From an uncultured Thiomicrorhabdus sp. (GTDB lineage Bacteria; Pseudomonadota; Gammaproteobacteria; Thiomicrospirales; Thiomicrospiraceae), in contig CBFDDF010000008.1 in assembly GCA_965603495.1 (NCBI GenBank), forward strand, positions 33,887 through 97,886: 64,000 nucleotides of DNA, given 5' to 3'. A model generated the notes under the pieces. That model worked only from the letters and a program-made list of their open reading frames with translations. It did no database searches and was not told where the DNA came from. Shown here piece by piece: positions 10,234 to 19,537 of this stretch. Within the stretch, counting starts at the first letter, position 1, and each line of letters begins with the position of its first letter. Both the position numbers and the translations under genes were made by a program.

Positions 10234-10620
10234 ATGGCTGTTATCAACTTAAAAACGGATCAATTCGAAGAAACTATTAAAAATAATGAAATCGTTATTT
10301 TGGATTTTTGGGCTGAATGGTGTGGTCCATGTAAACAATTCGGTCCCGTTTTTGAAGAAATTTCTCAGAAATATCCTGAGATTGCCTTTTGCAAAGTCAA
10401 TGTAGAAGAAGAGCAAGAATTAGCAGGTATGTTCCAGGTCCGTTCAATTCCAACCATTACTTTCATGCGCCAAGGCATTGTCGTTTTCTCTAATCCTGGT
10501 GCCATTCCTGGTAACGCATTAGAAGAAGGTATTAAGCAACTAGTTGAGTTAGATATGGATCAAGTCCATAAAGACTTAGCTGCTGCACAAGCTAAGCAAG
10601 AATCTGAGTCTGAAGCTTAA
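10234..10620 (+). CDS. Thioredoxin
   Basis: DFWAEWCGPCK active site; VRSIPT cis-Pro motif. Confidence 0.95.
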   Translation: MAVINLKTDQFEETIKNNEIVILDFWAEWCGPCKQFGPVFEEISQKYPEIAFCKVNVEEEQELAGMFQVRSIPTITFMRQGIVVFSNPGAIPGNALEEGIKQLVELDMDQVHKDLAAAQAKQESESEA

Positions 10621-10824
10621 TCCAGGCTCCTAAAGTTCGACTGACTCTCCAAAGCAACTCACACGCTTTGGAGCGTCATACCCTTTCATAGCTATTTTCA
10701 CAAAACGCTCTTAATACTAGTCTACAAAGCTCTTAGTTTCGGATAATAAATCCAAAATAAGCTAACATAACTGCAATTCATAAAAATCACTCTAGACATC
10801 CCTAATACACAAAAGGAAAGTAGC

Positions 10825-11667
10825 ATGCTTGTCACCCATTCAGGTCGTTTTCACGCTGACGAAGTCTTTGCAATCGCCATGATTTTAATGATTGAAGACC
10901 GAGAAGTCACGCGCACAAGAGATGACGAAATTATTCAAAAAGCCGACATTGTATTAGATGTAGGGGCTGAATATAATCCACAAACATTACGCTTCGACCA
11001 CCATCAGAATAGTTTTACCAGGGCCAGAGAAGATGGCACACCGTACGCCACAGCAGGCCTGGTCTGGGAACATTTTGGCGAACTCATATTAGCTAAAAAA
11101 GGCCTTAAAGGCAATTATGAAAAACAGTTTGCTTTGCAATGGGTAGATAACAAACTCATCAGTGACATCGATGCGGTTGATAATGGCATGTACACTGAAG
11201 ACCCACGTCCATCGGTCTCAATGTTAGTAGGCATGATGAATGCATCGTCTTCTGAAGATACTGAACAACAAGAAGCAGCCTTTAAACAAGCTGTCAGTTT
11301 CACTACTGGAATTTTGGATAATTTTATTAAAGCAGCTATGAAAGAAGCCGAAGTGGTGGTTGAACTTGAAGCCTGTAGCAAAAATGTTGAGGCAGGCATT
11401 CTCACGTTAGAAAAGAACCTACCATTCAAAGATTTCATTCGTTCACACCCAGAAATTACACGCGTAGTCTATCCAAGAAGTGCGGGGCAATTTGGTGTTT
11501 TCTGCAATGGTAAAGAGAACCATCTTCCTGAAAGATTTCGCGGATTAAGAGATATTGAACTCAATGAAGCCACAGGATTAACAGACACTATTTTTTGCCA
11601 CAAGTCTGGCTTTATGTCGGTTTGTTCAAGTTTAGAAAGTGCCTTATTCATGGCTAAAAGCCAATAA
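10825..11667 (+). CDS. MYG1 (UPF0160) family DHH-type exonuclease
   Basis: THSGRFHADEV, DVGAEYN...RFDHHQ, TAGLVW, DAVDNG, FCHKSGF are MYG1-family motifs. Confidence 0.88.
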   Translation: MLVTHSGRFHADEVFAIAMILMIEDREVTRTRDDEIIQKADIVLDVGAEYNPQTLRFDHHQNSFTRAREDGTPYATAGLVWEHFGELILAKKGLKGNYEKQFALQWVDNKLISDIDAVDNGMYTEDPRPSVSMLVGMMNASSSEDTEQQEAAFKQAVSFTTGILDNFIKAAMKEAEVVVELEACSKNVEAGILTLEKNLPFKDFIRSHPEITRVVYPRSAGQFGVFCNGKENHLPERFRGLRDIELNEATGLTDTIFCHKSGFMSVCSSLESALFMAKSQ

Positions 11668-11677
11668 AAACAAACCT

Positions 11678-11689
11678 ACCAGGCCTGGT
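11678..11689. repeat. ACCAGGCCTGGT palindrome (extends to CTACCAGGCCTGGTAG)
   Basis: Exact copy 10 nt after the MYG1 stop. Confidence 0.95.
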
Positions 11690-11761
11690 AGATTGCAAAA
11701 AATACAAAAGCATTCAAGTCTAATAGGCTCAATGCCATGCTAATGAAACGATACCAAACGT

Positions 11762-11992
11762 ATGATTGAAGATGCTTTAAATAAACTACCTGAGATTCTG
11801 ACAAGGGATTTAGATCGGAACCTGTGTGTCTGTAATGATGTACTCAGAATTGATGTCATCAAAGCCATTGTGGATGGCGCCGACACCATTGAAAAGGTGC
11901 GCGTAAAAACTTACGCCTCCGATGGGAATGGGTGTTGTAAACGCCAAGTACAACGTCTTTTAGATTGTTTGGTCGAAGATAAAGAGCAGTGA
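11762..11992 (+). CDS. Bfd-like (2Fe-2S)-binding small protein
   Basis: CVCNDV...IKAIVDGADTIEKV...GNGCCKRQV fits the Bfd fold pattern. Confidence 0.75.
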   Translation: MIEDALNKLPEILTRDLDRNLCVCNDVLRIDVIKAIVDGADTIEKVRVKTYASDGNGCCKRQVQRLLDCLVEDKEQ

Positions 11993-12006
11993 TATGCCTG
12001 CTTTAG

Positions 12007-14313
12007 TTATTCATTCGTAATGGGAAACTCTAGCCAGAAAGTTGAACCTTGCCCCAAAGTACTTTCAACGCCAATATTTCCAGACATCATTTCGACTAGT
12101 TTTTTACTCAAAACCAATCCAATCCCAACGCCTTGAACATTGCTGTTTTCTTTACCTAAGCGATTAAATTTAAGAAATAAAGAAGCCATTTCTTTTTGTG
12201 CCAAGCCAACTCCTTGATCTGTAAATGAAATTCGAATAGTCTCTCCACTCCTTTGACAATCAATCTTTAAGAAACCGCCTTCAGAATTATACTTAATCCC
12301 ATTAGAAATCAGGTTAAAGACCACTTGCTTGAACCTTTGCTTGTCCACATCTATTGTCTCTTGTGAACAGTTCTGAAAATCAAACGACACTTTGACGTTC
12401 CTTTTATCAGCTGCCGATTGTAACAAAGCCATATCATTCAAATGTAAGTCACTAATCAGATAAGGAGCGGAATTGAGCAATATCCCTCCTCTTTCAACAC
12501 CACCTAAATCCAACACGCCATTAATCAAAGCCAATAAATCTTCGCCAGCATTGTAAATTTCATCAATACCACCTTTAAATTCTTGAGGGAACTCTTGCTG
12601 GTGTCGTAAAATTTCAGCATAACCTATGATGGCATTTAACGGAGTCTTTAATTCATGGCTCATACTGGATAAAAATGCACCTTTGACTCGACTGGCTTCT
12701 TCTGCATGTTCCTTAGCTTTAACCAACAAAGCTTCCGTTTCCTTCCTTTTTGAAATATCTCGCAAAACTAAGGTGTAAAAAATTTTATTTTGTTGCTGCC
12801 ACGAAGTTACCGTTATTTCAGCATCTAATTTTTCACCCTGATGAGGTAATAACTCAATTTCAAACAAAGACCGTATATCCTCTCCTTCTGCACCAATATC
12901 CAGTTCTAAGCAACTTTCAAGTTTTTTTCGAGCATCTTCTGCCATAAACTCAAATAGAGAACCGCCAAGTATCTCTGCCTCACTACTTGCAAACAGGCGT
13001 TCCGCTGCAGGGTTGGTGAATAAAATGACGCCCCTGTTATTGACAGTAATAATCGCGTCTAGAATGCTTTGAGAAACGCTTTTAAAACGCTGTTCATTTA
13101 ATTTGAAATGAAACAACATATTAGCCATTTCTCGACCTCTTTGAGCTCGATACCGAAACATAGAGACGACTTGATCTGGCGATATGCCTTTGTTTAAAAA
13201 GTCTTCAGCACCCGCTTCTATAGAAGAAAACCTTACTTCTTCACTATTACTATTTGTTAAAAAGATAATCGGAATATAAATAAATTCCTTGACTTGTTTA
13301 ATAAGTTTAGCCAACTCAATTCCATTACAATCTGGCATATACATATCAACAACAATTAAATCAGGTAAAAAGCTATGCGCATACTCCATCACTTTGTCAG
13401 CGTGGTTTAACGTTAATACTTTCATTCCAGCGTTTTCAAGCAAGGTTTTATAAAAACGGGTAACAGAGACATCGTCATCAATAATCATGACCTTTAAACT
13501 GTTTTCCGATAACCTACTGGTCAGTCCTTCTATTGTATCCACCAATTCATATATTGAGAACGGTTTGCTCATGTAGCCATCAGCCCCAGCCCTTACCGAA
13601 GCTAATCTGGCGTGGAAATCATTGCGGACAGAAATAAACAGCACCGAACATTGAATTAAACCTTCATCTCTCGCTTTTTGAATCAACGCTGTCCCGCCCA
13701 GGGCATCGTCCTGCAATACGATATCCATCAAAATAAGATCGGGTTCAAATGAAAGTTCAGACTTAAAGTCTTCTATCCCTGTCAGCCCTTTTACCGTAAA
13801 ACCAAAATGACTCAAAATATTGGTCATGGCCTGCAGCTGCTCGGGAGAGTCTTCAATAATTAATATTTTTTTATCACTATTTTCATTCAATCTATTACTT
13901 GATAAACTTTCCTCACTTTCCATTAATGAGTGAATAAGTTCCATATTGGAGGAGTCTGCTTGACGTATCCCCCCCCCTAGAGTCTCAATCATTTTTCCGG
14001 CCATTTTCAGTGATTCGGAATCCATTGAAGCACTTTTCTCCAACTTTAAAGTAGCCAAAAATTCCTCAACAGACCTGGCAGAATGACTTACTTCATCCAA
14101 ACTATACATTGCTGCAGAGCCACTTAAGCTATGAACTAGGCGGGTTAACGTTTGCATATCTTCAGGCTGAGTATCAGTCTCTGTTTTTGTGCAACGTTTA
14201 TAAGCAAGCTGAATCTCTTGATAACGACTTGGTAACCCGTCAATAAACTCCGCTTTTAATTGATCCAACTTTTGCTTAATTGCACTTAAAGTGTCGCTCT
14301 CTTGATTAACCAT
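12007..14313 (-). CDS. Cytoplasmic hybrid kinase HPt-REC-REC-PAS-HisKA-HATPase
   Basis: HPt LVHSLSGSAAMY; REC1 DLILMDIVL; REC2 DLIVVDMYMP; PAS ILDAIITVNNRG; H-box SMSHELKTPL; DQGVGL, GVGIGL. Confidence 0.88.
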   Translation of the reverse strand: MVNQESDTLSAIKQKLDQLKAEFIDGLPSRYQEIQLAYKRCTKTETDTQPEDMQTLTRLVHSLSGSAAMYSLDEVSHSARSVEEFLATLKLEKSASMDSESLKMAGKMIETLGGGIRQADSSNMELIHSLMESEESLSSNRLNENSDKKILIIEDSPEQLQAMTNILSHFGFTVKGLTGIEDFKSELSFEPDLILMDIVLQDDALGGTALIQKARDEGLIQCSVLFISVRNDFHARLASVRAGADGYMSKPFSIYELVDTIEGLTSRLSENSLKVMIIDDDVSVTRFYKTLLENAGMKVLTLNHADKVMEYAHSFLPDLIVVDMYMPDCNGIELAKLIKQVKEFIYIPIIFLTNSNSEEVRFSSIEAGAEDFLNKGISPDQVVSMFRYRAQRGREMANMLFHFKLNEQRFKSVSQSILDAIITVNNRGVILFTNPAAERLFASSEAEILGGSLFEFMAEDARKKLESCLELDIGAEGEDIRSLFEIELLPHQGEKLDAEITVTSWQQQNKIFYTLVLRDISKRKETEALLVKAKEHAEEASRVKGAFLSSMSHELKTPLNAIIGYAEILRHQQEFPQEFKGGIDEIYNAGEDLLALINGVLDLGGVERGGILLNSAPYLISDLHLNDMALLQSAADKRNVKVSFDFQNCSQETIDVDKQRFKQVVFNLISNGIKYNSEGGFLKIDCQRSGETIRISFTDQGVGLAQKEMASLFLKFNRLGKENSNVQGVGIGLVLSKKLVEMMSGNIGVESTLGQGSTFWLEFPITNE

Positions 14314-14324
14314 GTACCTTCCAC

Positions 14325-17300
14325 CTATTCAACTTCTATCGGTTTAATTGACGCCAACCATGATTTAAGCCAAAGCTTGAATTCTGTTTTATTCATCGGC
14401 TTGGCGATAAAGTAACCTTGAACCATGTCGCAGCCTAATGCCTTAACCACATTCCACTCTTCTTCAGTCTCAACCCCTTCAGCAACAATGCTAAGGTTTA
14501 AGCTTTTCGCCATCTCAACGGTCGATGTCAAAATAATTCTAGAATCAGTATCCTGGTCGGACCTATGGACAAAAGAACGGTCTAACTTCAACTCTTTGAA
14601 TGGAATACGCTGTAACGTTTCCAACGATGAAAAACCAGTACCGAAGTCATCAATAGACACGCCAATTTTTTGCATTGTCAATCGAGTTAATATTTCAAGC
14701 GCAACCGCGGGGTCTTTCATGACCCGACTTTCTGTCACTTCGATAATAATATTTTCTAAAAATAAATGTGCATTATCTGCTTCACTTATCAAATAGTCAT
14801 ACCAAGATAAATCAGTTAAGGAATCGCCAGAAATATTAACCGATACCTTTAGGTTGTATCCTTGTTTAATCAATTCCCCCGTAAATAAAAATGCCTTCTT
14901 AATGACCACTTCGGTCAAGCCAGAAATTAAACCTTCTTCCTCAACCCTCGAAATAAAACTTGCCGGACTGATGAACCCTCGTTGTGGGTGATTCCAGCGA
15001 ACCAACGCTTCCATACCCATTGGTACTTTTGTTCGCATGGACACCTTAGGTTGATAGAATACTTCAAACTGGTCTTGGTCTAAGGCCTCTAAAATTTCCT
15101 CTCGAGCAATTTTTACTTCAGGCTGACACTCTTTACTTTGGACTTTTTCCGTAGGTATGAAGCGCTCTACGATTTCGACAATCGATTCGATTTTAATCGG
15201 TTTTTCAAGCACACCAATAACATTCAAATCATGCATATCTGCAAGCCTATTCGCTGCTTTCAACACCTTGATATCCTCACCACTTATCAATATAACCGCC
15301 CCAGAGAATTGATGGGAGGCTAATAATCTTAATACTTCCATACCATCCATATCTGGCATATTTAAATCACAGAAAATAACATCCACTTGATCTTTATGTG
15401 TTGAGATGTGATCAAGTGCTTCAGCACCTGAGGTCGTTAAGAAGATACCACCAACTGAAAGCTTTTCTAAAATCGTTGATAAAATTTCTAGTATAAATAG
15501 ATCATCATCTACGACCATCACATTCAAACCAGATGACGCAGGAGACTCAATCACATCATTAGGGGCAAGCTGTTCAAGCTGACAATAAGACGCTATAAAG
15601 GCTTCAACATCATCCATTCTCGGAAAAATAGACGGTACCAAATTTTTCAAAACATCAATGTCATTTTGTTTTGCGGCACTTTCGATCTGCTCCACAATAT
15701 TCGCGAAAGAATCTGCACCAATCGTTCTGGTGGATGATTTTAATTTATGGGCGACATTTTGGACAGCTACCAGGTCGTTAGCGTTAAAAGCCTCGCTTAA
15801 AATTTTGAGATCTTCCGGCGTTGTTTTAATGAAATCTTTTAAAATGTTACAGTTTAATTCAAGGTCGTCTCCCACCAGAGCCTGCAGTGCTTTAATGTTG
15901 ACGCAGGGTTCCTCAAATGCCAGCTCATTTACAGGAATATTTGAGTTTTGAACTTCTGATAATACAGGCATTGCATCTGTACTTTGACTCAACCAATGAT
16001 TCAGCTTTTCTTCTAAAATATTAAGGTTAATCGGCTTCGATAAATAATCATCAACTCCTGATTCGAAGAACTCCGTTTTTGATGCTTCCATAGCATCTGC
16101 TGTTGCCGCAATAATAGGTAGGCGTGTTTGTTGGCCTTTCTCACTCATCCGAATCTTTTTAACCAATTCGATACCACTCATTTTAGGCATGTGAATATCG
16201 GTTAACAGCAGATCGAATTGACCTACCTGTAATAACTCCCAAGCCTCTTGACCATCACCCGCAATTTTAGACTGATACCCCAGTAGTGATAATTGCTGAG
16301 AAATCACATGCTGATTTATGACATTATCTTCTGCGATTAAAATCCTATAATCCGCTGCCTTCATTTGCTTGTCGGCATCAATATGAATAACGCTGTCGGT
16401 TAAATTCTCGCCACTTTCCTCAACAAAAGGTTCAGATGGAAACGTCACTTTAAATGTCGAACCGATACCTAACTGAGTTTCTAGACCCAATTCTCCACCC
16501 ATCATCTCAACTAGCTGCTTAGTGATAACCAGTCCAATTCCTGAACCTTCAATATCACTAAACTCAGCCCCCAGACGATTGAATGGCGTAAATAGCAAGG
16601 ATCTTCTTTCTTCTGAAATGCCTAAACCGGTATCTCTGACACCGATAGTCAAGCGATTGTTTTGATCGACCTCACAGGTAATGTCAACCAAACCATCTTT
16701 ACGGTTATATTTAATTGCATTAGAAATAAAGTTTATAAACACCTGTTTGATGCGACGTTTATCAACCAAGATACCTCGCCCTGGACAGGTACTTGTAACC
16801 TCGAGCTTAACACCATATTTCTGCGCTAAAGGATTCATCAAAGAACAGGCTTGTGCAATTGCTTCACTGAGGTTGCACCACTCTAAATGGATATCTTTAT
16901 CACCCGCTTCAATTTTTGCGAGATCCAAAACCTCATTGATTAAGTTTAATAGATGTTCACCCGCACTATAAATCTCGCTCACATTTTGAATAATTGATTG
17001 ACTCAACGTTTTATCGTACTGGATCATCTGGGAATAACCCAAAATGGCGTTCAAAGGCGTTCTCAACTCATGACTCATACTGGATAAAAACTCAGATTTG
17101 GCTCTATTTGCATATTCTGCTTGCTCTTTAGCCAAGAGCAAAGCCTCTTCAGCAGCTTTACGTTCAGAGATATCCCTAACCACCCCCGTGTACATTATTT
17201 CTCCCGCCACAATCATTTCATTGACAGCAAGCTCCATAGGGAAAACACTACCGTCTTTCCGCTGTCCAGCGACCTCTCTACCAATACCAATAACCTTATT

Positions 17301-19019
17301 CTCTCTAGTCTCCCTATGACGTTTCAAATAGCCATCATGCTCTTCCTGATAAGGAGCTGGCATGAGCATTTTGACATTTTGGCCGACCATCTCTTCAGCT
17401 GTATAATCAAATATCGTTTCCACTGCGGGGTTGACGGTTTCAATAATACCCATATTATTGATGGTAACGATCGCATCCAATACGGTTTCAACAATCGCTT
17501 TAACCCTGGCTTCTTTGTCTTTAAGCGATTGTTCATAAGCTAACCGTATTTCAATACTATGAAAAAAACCTATCCCATGCCATCGTTCATTCAAAATAAC
17601 GGATGTAAAGGACAACTCAACAGGTACCTCCTTGCCATCCTTATTTTGGGTTAAAATAATTTTGTGTTGATTCAACCATTCTTTTTCACACCATTCTTTA
17701 AAAGAGCTCGTTCGACTCGCCATTTGTTTTTGAGCCGATTCAGAAAAAATTAACTCAATTAAATGCTTACCTACCACCTCTTGAAAGCCATATCCATATA
17801 AGGCTTCTGCACCCGGATTCCAGAAATCGACCTCACACAGGTCATTGACAATAATAATGCCATCGTTGGCATTGTTAGTGATGGCGTTTAAACGTTTTTC
17901 TTTTTCCGCAAGGGCTGTAAATTGTTCAAAAACAGTTAGTTGATATTCTCTTCTTCGATGTATATTGAGCATTAGGTAAACAGCAAACAAAAAGCTAATA
18001 ATTAAAGTTACACCACTGGCAATCAAAGGCACATACGTTTGCTTCGAAAGAAATCCTACTCCGACTGGTATAAAGACAAATTTCCAGTTAGCGCCATAAG
18101 CACGAGAGTCTATAGCAAAAAATTCAGTGGGACCAAGGGTTTTGAAGAAGGCTTTATTTAAAACTTTACTATCGGAATTTAGAGTTTTTTTATATTTTTT
18201 TGCGCGACTCCCATGGTAGACAATCAAATTCTTCTGATCGATGTCCTGATCATAAATATAAAATTCTAATCCACCAGGCACAGGGACATACTTATCTAAT
18301 GCATGTAAGACCAATTCAGCAAAATTTATCGACAAAATGATAAACCCATTGAATTTTCTGTGTTGCTGATATCTATCTATCACGTCTTGCGGCGCACTAA
18401 ATACTGGCATAATGACCTTAAAAGCTTCAGAATGATCCGAAACAATAGGCGCCGTTAAAAACTCAATATAAAACTGCGGTTTTCCCGTTTCCATCGCGAG
18501 TTGCAATTTATGAACCAAATCCGGGTTTTCGAATTCCTCAGTCCAGCGGACATGTTCTGCCGAAGGTTTATGCATACCAGGCGAAGCTGTATGGGTTTCA
18601 ATGTGTGTTTTTGTGTAAAAATGATCATGAGTAAATTGCTCTTGCAAAACTTGTGGGGTTATCATCCGACCTTCAGAATATCCTAAGCCACTTTTATCAT
18701 CTAAAATTAGAACCTCATTAAGCTCTTTTGAAGGGACATACGTTTGTTGCATAAACTTTTGAAATTTATCCGCAAACAATCCTTTTTCTTTGCTTTTCAG
18801 CTGGGCTAAGGATTCGCCTAAATCAATAACTTCCTCTTGTAGGGTATCTATAATAACGGCCATACGAATATTAGCTTTCTGGCTAAATTCACTTTGAACG
18901 GCCTTTTCTTCAATTTTAGAATAGTACTCAAATTCAAGTATAGAAAGTATCAAACCAACAACAAGAACAACGACAAATCCCGTGACAGCTTCTTTATCCT
19001 TAAAAATATTTAGAACCAT
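14325..19019 (-). CDS. Membrane sensor CHASE-PAS-PAS(heme)-HisKA-HATPase-REC-HPt-REC-EAL
   Basis: Two TM segments flank a CHASE-like region; FixL-like PAS; SMSHELRTPL; LLTDIHMP; VAHKLKSS; IFCDLNMP; EALVRW, DDFGTGFSS, AEGVET. Confidence 0.88.
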   Translation of the reverse strand: MVLNIFKDKEAVTGFVVVLVVGLILSILEFEYYSKIEEKAVQSEFSQKANIRMAVIIDTLQEEVIDLGESLAQLKSKEKGLFADKFQKFMQQTYVPSKELNEVLILDDKSGLGYSEGRMITPQVLQEQFTHDHFYTKTHIETHTASPGMHKPSAEHVRWTEEFENPDLVHKLQLAMETGKPQFYIEFLTAPIVSDHSEAFKVIMPVFSAPQDVIDRYQQHRKFNGFIILSINFAELVLHALDKYVPVPGGLEFYIYDQDIDQKNLIVYHGSRAKKYKKTLNSDSKVLNKAFFKTLGPTEFFAIDSRAYGANWKFVFIPVGVGFLSKQTYVPLIASGVTLIISFLFAVYLMLNIHRRREYQLTVFEQFTALAEKEKRLNAITNNANDGIIIVNDLCEVDFWNPGAEALYGYGFQEVVGKHLIELIFSESAQKQMASRTSSFKEWCEKEWLNQHKIILTQNKDGKEVPVELSFTSVILNERWHGIGFFHSIEIRLAYEQSLKDKEARVKAIVETVLDAIVTINNMGIIETVNPAVETIFDYTAEEMVGQNVKMLMPAPYQEEHDGYLKRHRETRENKVIGIGREVAGQRKDGSVFPMELAVNEMIVAGEIMYTGVVRDISERKAAEEALLLAKEQAEYANRAKSEFLSSMSHELRTPLNAILGYSQMIQYDKTLSQSIIQNVSEIYSAGEHLLNLINEVLDLAKIEAGDKDIHLEWCNLSEAIAQACSLMNPLAQKYGVKLEVTSTCPGRGILVDKRRIKQVFINFISNAIKYNRKDGLVDITCEVDQNNRLTIGVRDTGLGISEERRSLLFTPFNRLGAEFSDIEGSGIGLVITKQLVEMMGGELGLETQLGIGSTFKVTFPSEPFVEESGENLTDSVIHIDADKQMKAADYRILIAEDNVINQHVISQQLSLLGYQSKIAGDGQEAWELLQVGQFDLLLTDIHMPKMSGIELVKKIRMSEKGQQTRLPIIAATADAMEASKTEFFESGVDDYLSKPINLNILEEKLNHWLSQSTDAMPVLSEVQNSNIPVNELAFEEPCVNIKALQALVGDDLELNCNILKDFIKTTPEDLKILSEAFNANDLVAVQNVAHKLKSSTRTIGADSFANIVEQIESAAKQNDIDVLKNLVPSIFPRMDDVEAFIASYCQLEQLAPNDVIESPASSGLNVMVVDDDLFILEILSTILEKLSVGGIFLTTSGAEALDHISTHKDQVDVIFCDLNMPDMDGMEVLRLLASHQFSGAVILISGEDIKVLKAANRLADMHDLNVIGVLEKPIKIESIVEIVERFIPTEKVQSKECQPEVKIAREEILEALDQDQFEVFYQPKVSMRTKVPMGMEALVRWNHPQRGFISPASFISRVEEEGLISGLTEVVIKKAFLFTGELIKQGYNLKVSVNISGDSLTDLSWYDYLISEADNAHLFLENIIIEVTESRVMKDPAVALEILTRLTMQKIGVSIDDFGTGFSSLETLQRIPFKELKLDRSFVHRSDQDTDSRIILTSTVEMAKSLNLSIVAEGVETEEEWNVVKALGCDMVQGYFIAKPMNKTEFKLWLKSWLASIKPIEVE

Positions 19020-19108
19020 TATCCAAGTTTCCTCAATTGCATCTATGTATAAGGCCAGATTCTATTTTAGTCAGAATCTGCTCTTTATTTGACGGCTTCA
19101 CGATAAAA

Positions 19109-19537
19109 TCACGAGCCCCTAAGGTCGAGGTTTTTTCTGAGCACCTCTACCGATCGCATGATTGCCGCATTAAAAACCTGATGATCGTATAAAGGATTCA
19201 CAATAACATAATCGTTAAAGACTTCATCCTTACAGAGTTCGTAAGCACGCCCTGCATCGGTTGCGCAAACCATCAATACCGCTCTGTGGTTTTGCAGACC
19301 TTTAACTTTTTTGATGATGTTTAAATAAATATGTTCTGATTTAGAAAGGGTTTTAGCACCAATTAGAATGATGTGCGGATGTTCTTTTTTACAAATTTCC
19401 TCTGCTTCAGTAATCGTCATTGCAACCTGGTAATCTGCAAAATCTGTTGCTAAATGCGACTTCAAATCCGTCAGTAAACCCTGATCATCCATCACAAATA
19501 AACAAGGTAATCGTTTATCATCAAATAGTTTTTTCAT
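19109..19537 (-). CDS. Stand-alone pseudo-receiver protein (Gly at the phosphoacceptor position)
   Basis: Receiver-like pattern CLFVMDD...PHIILIG...FNDYVIVNP; 69/132 identical, ungapped, to the N-terminus of 20067..21203 (manual count). Confidence 0.7.
   Translation of the reverse strand: MKKLFDDKRLPCLFVMDDQGLLTDLKSHLATDFADYQVAMTITEAEEICKKEHPHIILIGAKTLSKSEHIYLNIIKKVKGLQNHRAVLMVCATDAGRAYELCKDEVFNDYVIVNPLYDHQVFNAAIMRSVEVLRKNLDLRGS

Noticed and set aside
10647-10673. Hairpins at 10647-10673, 43663-43691 and 61062-61087 as a repeat family or ncRNA
   Set aside because: The sequences are unrelated to one another; they are probably ordinary 3'-end stem-loops, and without clear U-tracts they were not called as terminators.
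11690-12006. Second att site (duplicate of the tRNA-fMet 3' end) bounding the putative island
   Set aside because: I found no TGGTAGCGGGG-like repeat here or elsewhere in the window by eye.
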